DNA of 37,189 bases. Source: Macrostomum lignano (Eukaryota). The notes under the pieces were generated by a model. The model was given only the letters and a program-made list of their open reading frames with translations, was not told the origin of the DNA and made no database searches. The stretch is taken from contig NIVC01004715.1 of assembly GCA_002269645.1 (NCBI GenBank), forward strand, positions 1 through 37,189, read 5' to 3'. The position numbers and the translations under genes are program-made. Positions 22,371 through 31,945 of this stretch are shown here, piece after piece. Each line of letters begins with the position of its first letter. Position 1 is the stretch's first letter.

Positions 22371-23545
22371 TCAGTTTCCTGTAGGTTTTGAGCTCAGCTT
22401 CCTGTAGAGTCTGATTTCAGCTTCCTGTAGGGTTTGAGTTCAGCTTTCTGTAGGGTTTGAGTTCAGTTTCCTGTAGGTTTTGAGCTCAGCTTCCTGTAGA
22501 GTCTGATTTCAGCTTCCTGTAGGGTTTGAGTTCAGCTTTCTGTAGGGTTTGAGTTCAGCTTCCTGTAGGTTTTAGCTCAGTTTCCTGTAGGTTTAAGTTC
22601 AGTTTCTTGTTGGGTTTGAGTTCAACTTTCCTGTAGGGTTTGAGCTCAGCTTCCTGTAGAGTCTGAGTTCAGCTTCCTGTAGGGTTTGAGTTCGGCTTTC
22701 TGTAGGGTTTGAGTTCAGCTTCCTGTAGGTTTTAGCTCAGTTTCCTGTAGGTTTAAGTTCAGTTTCTTGTTGGGTTTGAGTTCAACTTTCCTGTAGGGTT
22801 TGAGCTCAGCTTCCTGTAGAGTCTGAGTTCAGCTTCCTGTAGGGTTTGAGTTCGGCTTTCTGTAGGGTTTGAGTTCAGCTTCCTGTAGGTTTTAGCTCAG
22901 TTTCCTGTAGAGTCTGAGTTCAGCTTCCTGTAGGGTTTGAGTTCGGCTTTCTGTAGGGTTTGAGTTCAGCTTCCTGTAGGTTTTAGCTCAGTTTCCTGTA
23001 GGTTTAAGTTCAGTTTCTTGTTGGGTTTGAGTTCAACTTTCCTGTAGGGTTTGAGCTCAGCTTCCTGTAGAGTCTGAGTTCAGCTTCCTGTAGGGTTTGA
23101 GTTCGGCTTTCTGTAGGGTTTGAGTTCAGCTTCCTGTAGGTTTTAGCTCAGTTTCCTGTAGGTTTAAGTTCAGTTTCTTGTTGGGTTTGAGTTCAACTTT
23201 CCTGTAGGGTTTGAGCTCAGCTTCCTGTAGAGTCTGAGTTCAGCTTCCTGTAGGGTTTGAGTTCGGCTTTCTGTAGGGTTTGAGTTCAGCTTCCTGTAGG
23301 TTTTAGCTCAGTTTCCTGTAGGGTTTAAGTTCAGTTTCTTGTTGGGTTTGAGTTCAGTTTCTTGTAGGGTTTGACTTCAGTTTCTTGTTGGGTTTGAGTT
23401 CAACTTTCCTGTAGGTTTGAGCTCAGCGTCCTGTAGGTTTTGAGTTCAGTTTCCTGTAGGGTTTGAGTTCAGTTTCCTGTAGGGTTTGACTTCAGCTTCC
23501 TGTAGGTTTTGAGCTCAGTTTCCCTGTAGGGTTTGAGTTCAACTT
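22370..23545. repeat. 22/23-bp minisatellite (GGGTTTGAGTTCAGCTTCCTGTA) with ~160-bp higher-order unit
   Basis: About 50 monomers. A 7-monomer variant pattern repeats (GAGCTCAG anchors at 22642, 22802, 23053 and 23213). Confidence 0.95.
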
Positions 23546-23549
23546 CCTC

Positions 23550-24775
23550 CACTCAGTTTTCGTCCCATGCAGATGACCCTCCTGCTGTCGGAATCGCACA
23601 GTCAGCAACTGAATCCCGGCCGGGGAGGCAAACAATGGCCCCGAGCGCCTGCGAGTTTGCATAGCAACTGCAACAGCTGCAGAAAAGCTGCCATGATAAT
23701 TGAGAGACGGAAATGCGCAGCCCGGGCGCTGGCTGGACGCAGGATGTCTCAAGGCTTAGGACGCCTCTTTGAAGTCAGAGGCTAATGAGCGAAGGAGCGC
23801 GAGCCCACGGCCACCTGGACTCGTCGGGTTCCTATTTTTAGGAATTAATAAAGGCATTGAAAGCATTTGCGACCGCCAGCTGTTGGAAAATCCGACAGGG
23901 TCTTGCTAATCCTTAAATGCAGGAAATATTTTTGGGAATACAAGATGGCCAAAAATTCTCAGTAATTGCAAAATTTCTCGATGCTTTCTGTACAGCGCGG
24001 CTTCTCGTGCTGAGGAGAAACTGTTTACCTGATCTGTGCTGTCTTCAACTTGCCTGCCAGTAGTCAGTGCCAGCCTTGATCCCAGTATTGAGCATTTCTT
24101 GAGCAGCAAGCTCTTCACTCTGTGCATACGAGATAAGGCAGGCAGGTATAGAATATATTGACGTCTGCAAACAATGCACAGCACAAGGGCTTTATATAAT
24201 TTTTAGCATATCAGTTAGTTTTCTGGATCTCTTGGCTGCCTCCTTCAGTTCCTCTTGGCGCTGTCTCTTCACGAGTATTCTTTTAGCTGATGGCATTTTA
24301 GTGATTTTGGTTGCAGCGCCAGCAGCGGTTTGAGTCTTGGGATTGTGGCAGACTTGGAATGTCGATCGGAGACGCCAAAGTAAAAGGGCAAACACTAAAA
24401 GCTTAGGCACATTAATAAATAAAAGCTGTAGTGGAATGGGATTGAGAACAACATGAACTATATTGTATGTCCACATACCCCATTGAGGGTGACGGGGCCT
24501 ATACATTCAAGCGGTGATGGGGGCAGAGACAGAAAGGAAGGAAGGCTTGTCGCTTGAGGAAGGGCTCACAAGTTATGTGCATACCCCTACCCACTGGCCA
24601 CTGTACATTCTTAGCTCGTACATGTACATTGCCTCAGCTGTGGTGCCCCCTCGCTCCAGCTTGTAGCCTTAGCTCCCAGACTCAGAAAAGCAAAAGCTCA
24701 AAACCCCAACATGCTATCATGCTAAAAGGTGGGGGCTCCCGCCCCCCCCCCCCCCCGATTCCGACACCCCCGGTG
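23550..24775 (-). mobile_element. Possible decayed 5' end of a TTF-zinc-finger (ZMYM1-like) hAT element
   Basis: On the minus strand, MPSAKRILVKRQRQEELKEAAKRSRKLTDML resembles the basic N-terminus of such transposases. LFCSCCSCY and EWRKL fragments lie near 23670-23540, and there is a G/C-tract-rich end at 24727-24775. Frames are broken and the resemblance is weak. Confidence 0.3.
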
Positions 24776-25138
24776 CTAGGTGACTGTAAAGCCGCCTGTG
24801 TCCTGGCAATTTAAAGAGCACTGCTGAGCATGACTAATCAGATAAGAGTTCAATTCAAAAGCACTGCTGAGCATGACTAATCAGATAAGAGTTCAATTCA
24901 GTTTAGCTCAGTTTAACAATCAAGCGAGCACTTGCGTTATATTTGTAAGATTAAAATATTTACTGTTGCGTTCGCATCTTGGCTCCATTCTGCTTTTGGA
25001 AGCAAAAGCCACAACGACAACTTGGACGCTCAATAGCGGATCATCCCAGAGACTTTGGGGAGTTTGCGCGTCCTCAGATGTCCATCATCAACTTGCTTAG
25101 GTTACACAGTGATGGCGCAACTGCCCGCTCGGCACCTG

Positions 25139-25723
25139 TCAATCTTCGTCGGCGGACTTTCCAGCAGTCTCGACGTCGGTGCCGGTCATTCCGGCGGCCG
25201 ACGAAGATTTCCGACTCGGTGCCATCAGGCTGGCCGCGGTGCCCGCGCAGGCCAGGAGACAGCCGGCGGCCACGAGGCCTACGGACAGCACGCGCCCGCG
25301 CACAGGCAGCTGCGGAGTCGAGCCCAGCTGTTGGATAGCAAAACAGCCGAAGCCAAGCATCAGGAGGCCGACGCCGATGCACAGAATGGCGATCGGGAAG
25401 TACTCGCAGTACGGGCCCCAGCGCCAGCTTCCGATGCCGGAAGATGTCGCTGCAGACGGTTGTGGCGACTTTGACTGCTGCGGCGAATTTGCAGTTTGAA
25501 GCAGACACAGGCGTTCGGCTTTGATCCCACTGCTGACCCCATCGCACGCACCAGAGCCACCAGCTTCCTTTGCAGCCCTGGCTTCATAGAACTGCTGCAG
25601 GTAGGACCTCACTTTGATTGGTTTTCTTCCGCCTTTCCTGAAATTTTTGTCAAACAATAGAAGCATTAAAAGCATCCGAAGAATTTGTTAGATGAATAAT
25701 CGAAACAGTCAGACTTACGGCAT
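25139..25723 (-). CDS. NRSN: Neurensin-like two-TM vesicular membrane protein (copy A, ~167 aa)
   Basis: ATG CC|G splice: exon 25723-25719, 81-bp GTAAGT...TTTCAG intron, exon 25637-25139. This gives MPKGGRKPIKVRSYLQQFYE..., matching the neurensin signature VRSYLHQFYE. Two hydrophobic helices follow (YFPIAILCIGVGLLMLGFGCFAI; VLSVGLVAAGCLLACAGTAASL). Confidence 0.82.
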
Positions 25724-26358
25724 GCCAGCCCTGGGAATAAAGCTCTGTGGATTAGAAACCGAAGCCAGACTCGGGCGCAGCAAGGTTCTCAGCTGCCACG
25801 GTATTTCAGCCGCTCAATCGGACAGGAAATCTTCGGATTCGGACATTTCTGCTGAGCGCTTCTGTGGCCAATCAAAGCCGAGTGGCATCTGGTCCGCGAT
25901 TTTCAGCGCCCATAAATCGCAGATGGGCGCTGACTGGGAAAGCAGAAACATGCTGACAGGCTCCGAAAAAAAGACTGCAAGACCCATTTGATTTCAGAGG
26001 TTCAGCTGATCTTATCGCTTCTGACCTATAAAAAGTTTAGACTGATCGTGCACGAAGTCAATTATTCGCGTGAGTTGACCTCGGGGGGGGGGGGGGCAGG
26101 AGGCTTCTGTCGAACTGCAATGGGATACGCAGCAGACTCTCCTGCGCTCTCGCCGGCTTATCGAAAATCCCAGTCCAGACTGAGTGACATCCGTCAAAGT
26201 GACATGAAATCCGAGCTGCTGCAGTCGCCAATCAAAGTGTCTCGGCTGCACAGGTCGCTGGCCCGATAGTATTAATGCGCCTCTCCGACAGGCACTAACG
26301 TTTTCCTTGTCGTTTTAGCTCGAATTCGACACATTTTTAGACTTCTTCCTCTGTTGGG

Positions 26359-29300
26359 ATGAAGTCGACTTTGGTTTGCAGGCTCGGCTTCGCGCTTCTG
26401 TGCTTCGCCTGTCCGCTGCAGTGCGCGCTGCCTCAGAAACTCTGTGAGCCTCTGTTACCTGCTCCTGCTTCTGGCACTGGCTGTTGCTGCCTCTGGCACT
26501 GGCTGCTCCTGCTTCTGGCACTGGCTGTTCCTGCCTCTGGCACTGGCTGCTCCTGCCTCTGGCACTGGCTGCTCCTGCCTCTGGCACTGGCTGCTCCTGC
26601 TTCTGGCACTGGCTGTTGCTGCCTCTGGCACTGGCTGTTGCTGCCTCTGGCACTGGCTGTTGCTGCCTCTGGCACTGGCTGCTCCTGCCTCTGGCACTGG
26701 CTGTTGCTGCCTCTGGCACTGGCTGTTGCTGCCTTTGGCACTGGCTGCTCCTGCCTCTGGCACTGGCTGTTGCTGCCTCTGGCACTGGCTGTTGCTGCCT
26801 CTGGCACTGGCTGTTGCTGCCTCTGGCACTGGCTGCTCCTGCCTCGGATTATACTGTTCTTGATTCTATTAATATCTACCTATCAATGCTCCTGGCAATT
26901 GCTGCTGATGCTAAAAGAATCTGACTGAATGTAAAGGCTTTTGTGGCATCAATAGATTTCTCTGTGAGACCTGAGAGCTCAATAAGTTCACCTTCCGCCC
27001 ATCAACTCCAGGCTACTCAGGTCGCATCTCCGCGGCCGTCCTCGCTCCGGCCATCATCGGTGACCCAAGTCCGGTGCCGAAGCTGCCGGTCACGGAGTAC
27101 AGCAGCGAGCACCACTGCCTGTTCCAGCTCCACGCGCGGATCTTCCTCACCTGGCGCCAGGCCGCCGAGTTCTGCGCCCTGTTCAACGCCACGCTGCCGG
27201 TGCTGCGCACCCAGTTCGCCTGGCAGACTCTGCGCAGCTACGCCCAGAACCATCGCATCTGGGTTGGCGTGGTGCGCGCTGAAGGTGCGGTGCGCGAGGG
27301 CTCTCAGAGTGCCAGTGATTTTCACTCTGCTAGGCTGCAAAAAACGGTTTTCAGGTTCGCAACCACTCTCCTATTCACTCGAACCCCTGACCAACCAAAC
27401 CTTAACTCTGACCCCGTCTCACAAACCTAGATCGGGATCCTTTGATTCTCTCCCTGTTTCACCCCTGACCCACCAACCTCATCCCTGACCCATCAATCTC
27501 ACCCCTGACCCACCAACGTCATCCTTGACCTATCAACCTCACCCTTGACCCATCAACCTCACCTCTGACCCACCAACCTCACCCCTGACCCACTTAACTT
27601 TTCCTTTATTCACTTGCTTGACTCTTGCCTTGAACCCACCGGTCCTGAAACCAGAATAAGTCTCGCTACTGACCCGCCCCTAACCCACCCTTCAACGTCC
27701 TCATCAAGAAACCACTGTCCAGTTCAGGCCCCCGTCAGACCCTAGCCTGGCTCGAGTCTGTCAGACCCGAGCCTGGACGCTGTCTGACCCGAGCCTGGGC
27801 GCTGTCTGACCCTTGATCTCTGTCTGACCCGAGCCCGGCCTCTGTCTGACCCGAGCCTGGCCTCTGTCTGACCCGAGCCTGGCTGCTGTCAGACCCGAGC
27901 CTGGCCGCTGTCAGACCCGAGCCTGGGCGCTGTCTGACCCGAGCCTGGGCGCTGTCTGACCCTCGATCTCTGTCTGACCCGAGCCTGGCCTCTGTCTGAC
28001 CCGAGCCTGGCCGCTGTCAGACCCGAGCCTGGGCGCTGTCTGACCCGAGCCTGGGCGCTGTCAGACCCGAGCCTGGCCGCTGTCTGACCCGAGCCTGGGC
28101 GCTGTCTGACCCGAGCCTGACCTCTGTCTGACCCGAGCCAGGCCTCTGTCTGACCCGAGCCTGACCTCTGTCTGACCCGAGCCTGGCAGCTGTCTGACCC
28201 GAGCCTGGCCTCTGTCTGACCCGAGCCTGACCTCTGTCTGACCCGAGCCTGGCAGCTGTCTGACCCGAGCCTGGCCTCTGTCTGACCCGAGCCTGACCTC
28301 TGTCTGACCCGAGCCTGGCAGCTGTCTGACCCAGCCCCTCAGTTTCACCCGTCAACGCCGATCCCGCAGCAGCTGGTGACCAGGACCTGTGGCGCTGGTA
28401 CACCGACGGGCCCGAAGAGCCGCCGCTGAGCACCAGCGATTTCAGCCGGACCGACAACCGGACCGGCGTCGAGTGGAGCCGCTCCGAGCCCAGCAACGCC
28501 CACTGCGGCGAGGCCTGCGGAGTGGTGAACTACGATGGCAACCTGGCGGACTACGCCTGCGCCACTGTGCCGCCCTGGGACCCTTGCGGCGACGAGTCGC
28601 ACGTGGTGCGCACCGTGTGCCAGCGCTCCGGGCTGCCAGGTCTGCCATCTGGGGCGATGGGGAACTCATGGAATTGCTAATTGCTTATGGAGCATTTTGA
28701 AAGGTTAAATAGACACTTATGGTTGCAATTCGGGATCAGGGATGGCAATTCGGGATCAGGGATGGCAATTCGGGATCAGAGATGGCAATTCGGGATCCGG
28801 GATGGCAATTCGGGATCAGGGATGGCAATTCTGGATCAGGGATGGCAATTAGGGATCAGGGATGGCAATTAGGGATCAGGGATGGCAATTCGGGATCAGG
28901 GATGGCAATTAGGGATAAGGGATGGCAATTAGGGATCAGGGATGGCAATTCGGGATCAGGGATGGCAATTCGGGATCAGATTCGGGATCTGAGATTACTA
29001 TGCGATTCGGGATCTGAGATTACTATGCGATTCGGGATCTGAGATTACTATGCGATTCGGGATCAGAGATTACGATTCGGGATCTGAGATTACGATTCGG
29101 GATCTGAGATTATGATTCGGGATCTGAGATTACTATGCGATTCGGGATCAGAGATTACTATGCGATTCGGGATCTGAGATTACGATTCGGGATCTGAGAT
29201 TACGATTCGGGATCTGAGATTATGATTCGGGATCAGAGATTACTATGCGATTCGGGATCTGAGATTATGATTCGGGATCAGAGATTACTATGCGATTCGG

Positions 29301-30652
29301 GATCAGAGATTACTATGCGATTCGGGATCTGAGATTATGATTCGGGATCTGAGATTATGATTCGGGATCTGAGATTATGATTCGGGATCTGAGATTACGA
29401 TTCGGGATCTGAGATTACGATTCGGGATCTGAGATTATGATTCGGGACCTGAGATTACTATATGATTCGGGATCTGAGATTATGATTCGGGACCTGAGAT
29501 TACTATACGATTCGGGATCTGAGATTATGATTCGGGATCTGAGATTATGATTCGGGATCTGAGATTATGATTCGGGATCTGAGATTATGGTTCGGGATCT
29601 GAGATTATGATTCGGGATCTGAGATTATGATTCGGGATCTGAGATTACTATATGATTCGGGATCTGAGATTACGATTCGGGATCAGAGATTATGATTCGG
29701 GATCTGAGATTATGATTCGGGATCAGAGATTACTATGCGATTCGGGATCTGAGATTACTATGCGATTCGGGATCAGAGATTACTGTACGATTCGGGATCT
29801 GAGATTATGACTCGGGATCTGAGATTATGATTCGGGATCTGAGATTATGATTCGGGATCTGAGATTATGATTCGGGATCTGGGATTATGATTCGGGATCT
29901 GAGATTATGATTCGGGATCTGAGATTATGATTCGGGATCTGAGATTATGATTCGGGATCTGAGATTATGATTCGGGATGTTTGCATTGATTTTCCATACA
30001 TGAATTTCAGTTTGCCGGTACCAGCGAGAGCCGCCTGTTGTTCCTACTCAGAGGGATTTCTATATAATCATAGCCGGCACTTTTGCAGGAAAGAAAAATT
30101 TACAATCTACTCGTACTCTGCATGTTGCAATTCAGACAGTTATGAGCCTGGACCCAATCCACTTCCCCTGACCAACATCTCCGCCCTCACCCTCAACCGG
30201 AATCCTTGCATTCGGGTTCCCGCACTCCCCGAGAATTATGAGCTGCATGTACATCTTCATCTCGTATGGAAATTTTACGAGTACATCCTTAATGTATGTG
30301 CCTACTTGTAAAATCGATTAGTAGCTCTAATCTGCTCCCAGGTGTCCTATACATGCATGTACATGCACATGATTTCTCAGTTTCCCATGAGTTTCTCTAG
30401 ATCTTCTCAATCCAGATTTACTTGACTTAGAGAGAGTAGACTAGCTCTGTTGTATGTTCTGTGTACAATCTATACAGGTACACATTTTTAATCAAGTTCC
30501 CACACTTAAGCATAAATATAAATTTAATCAAAGTTGCTTCATCAAAAATAATTTCAGGGCTTCTTAGCGGCACGGGCTTAATATTGTTTCTGCGCCTGAT
30601 CGCGAAGGCAGTCAACAAGAAGACCCGGCAGGTGAAGCTGCCGGCTGCTTAA
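26359..30652 (+). CDS. Type I membrane C-type lectin domain protein (copy A, ~263 aa)
   Basis: Exons 26359-26443 (signal peptide MKSTLVCRLGFALLCFACPLQCA), 27021-27284, 28370-28639, 30011-30088 and 30558-30652, all phase 1. CTLD motifs: TWRQAAEFC, IWVG, WRW, W..SEPSN, EAC, LADYAC, VCQ. TM FYIIIAGTFAGLLSGTGLILFL with a basic tail. Exons 1-3 are well supported; the exon 4-5 join needs a GA donor. Confidence 0.78.
26455..26845. repeat. 22-bp minisatellite (CTGCTCCTGCCTCTGGCACTGG) in lectin intron 1; duplicated at 32042-32432
   Basis: About 18 copies; source of the ASGTGCCCLWHW / PEAATASARG pseudo-ORFs. Confidence 0.95.
27455..28332. repeat. Two minisatellites in lectin intron 2 (CTCACCCCTGACCCACCAAC-type 27455-27600; 22-bp CTGTCTGACCCGAGCCTGGCCT 27735-28332); duplicated at 33042-33919
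   Basis: Tandem units are visible, and both share a TGACCC core. Confidence 0.92.
28729..29977. repeat. Compound 20/25-bp minisatellite in lectin intron 3 (TCGGGATCAGGGATGGCAAT then GATTCGGGATCTGAGATTAT); duplicated at 34316-35564
   Basis: The unit switches at about 28980; both halves share ATTCGGGATC(A/T)G. Confidence 0.96.
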
Positions 30653-30726
30653 TTAAGTTTTTATAACGTCCATCATCAACTTGCTGAGGTTACACAGTGA
30701 TGGCGCAACTGCCCGCTCGGCACCTG

Positions 30727-31311
30727 TCAATCTTCGTCGGCGGACTTTCCAGCAGTCTCGACGTCGGTGCCGGTCATTCCGGCGGCCGACGAAGATTTCC
30801 GACTCGGTGCCATCAGGCTGGCCGCGGTGCCCGCGCAGGCCAGGAGACAGCCGGCGGCCACGAGGCCTACGGACAGCACGCGCCCGCGCACAGGCAGCTG
30901 CGGAGTCGAGCCCAGCTGTTGGATAGCAAAACAGCCGAAGCCAAGCATCAGGAGGCCGACGCCGATGCACAGAATGGCGATCGGGAAGTACTCGCAGTAC
31001 GGGCCCCAGCGCCAGCTTCCGATGCCGGAAGATGTCGCTGCAGACGGTTGTGGCGACTTTGACTGCTGCGGCGAATTTGCAGTTTGAAGCAGACACAGGC
31101 GTTCGGCTTTGATCCCACTGCTGACCCCATCGCACGCACCAGAGCCACCAGCTTCCTTTGCAGCCCTGGCTTCATAGAACTGCTGCAGGTAGGACCTCAC
31201 TTTGATTGGTTTTCTTCCGCCTTTCCTGAAATTTTTGTCAAACAATAGAAGCATTAAAAGCATCCGAAGAATTTGTTAGATGAATAATCGAAACAGTCAG
31301 ACTTACGGCAT
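30727..31311 (-). CDS. NRSN: Neurensin-like protein (copy B)
   Basis: Same structure as copy A: exons 31311-31307 and 31225-30727. The native 3' flank is cut 59 bp after the stop by the duplication junction. Confidence 0.8.
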
Positions 31312-31945
31312 GCCAGCCCTGGGAATAAAGCTCTGTGGATTAGAAACCGAAGCCAGACTCGGGGCGCAGCAAGGTTCTCAGCTGCCACGGTATTTCAGCC
31401 GCTCAATCGGACAGGAAATCTTCGGATTCGGACATTTCTGCTGAGCGCTTCTGTGGCCAATCAAAGCCGAGTGGCATCTGGTCCGCGATTTTCAGCGCCC
31501 ATAAATCGCAGATGGGCGCTGACTGGGAAAGCAGAAACATGCTGACAGGCTCCGAAAAAAAGACTGCAAGACCCATTTGATTTCAGAGGTTCAGCTGATC
31601 TTATCGCTTCTGACCTATAAAAAGTTTAGACTGATCGTGCACGAAGTCAATTATTCGCGTGAGTTGACCTCGGGGGGGGGGGGCAGGAGGCTTCTGTCGA
31701 ACTGCAATGGGATACGCAGCAGACTCTCCTGCGCTCTCGCCGGCTTATCGAAAATCCCAGTCCAGACTGAGTGACATCCGTCAAAGTGACATGAAATCCG
31801 AGCTGCTGCAGTCGCCAATCAAAGTGTCTCGGCTGCACAGGTCGCTGGCCCGATAGTATTAATGCGCCTCTCCGACAGGCACTAACGTTTTCCTTGTCGT
31901 TTTAGCTCGAATTCGACACATTTTTAGACTTCTTCCTCTGTTGGG

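Larger units (their letters stand above)
25080..30668. other. Tandem segmental duplication, copy A (~5.59 kb)
   Basis: Near-identical to 30668-36255 (offset 5587-5589). The junction TTTTTATAAC-G-TCCATCATC shares a single G at 30668. Confidence 0.97.

Noticed and set aside
17620-23545. CRISPR-like appearance of the 23-43-bp repeat arrays
   Set aside because: Units are head-to-tail with no unique spacers, there are no cas genes, and the context is eukaryotic.
23586-24773. TGTCGGAATCG / CGATTCCGACA inverted pair as TIRs
   Set aside because: The match is only 11 bp, is not terminal on the left, and has no TSD. It is kept only as weak context for the low-confidence hAT remnant.
25638-25675. ORF-track start MLLMLLLFDKNFR for the neurensin-like gene
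   Set aside because: This stretch lies in an 81-bp GTAAGT...TTTCAG intron. The spliced start MPKGGRK is a better model.
26315-26928. 189-aa Cys/Trp-rich ORF and antisense PEAATASARG ORFs (also 31902-32515)
   Set aside because: Only the first 28 codons are real (lectin signal-peptide exon, donor at 26444). The rest is a 22-bp intronic repeat.
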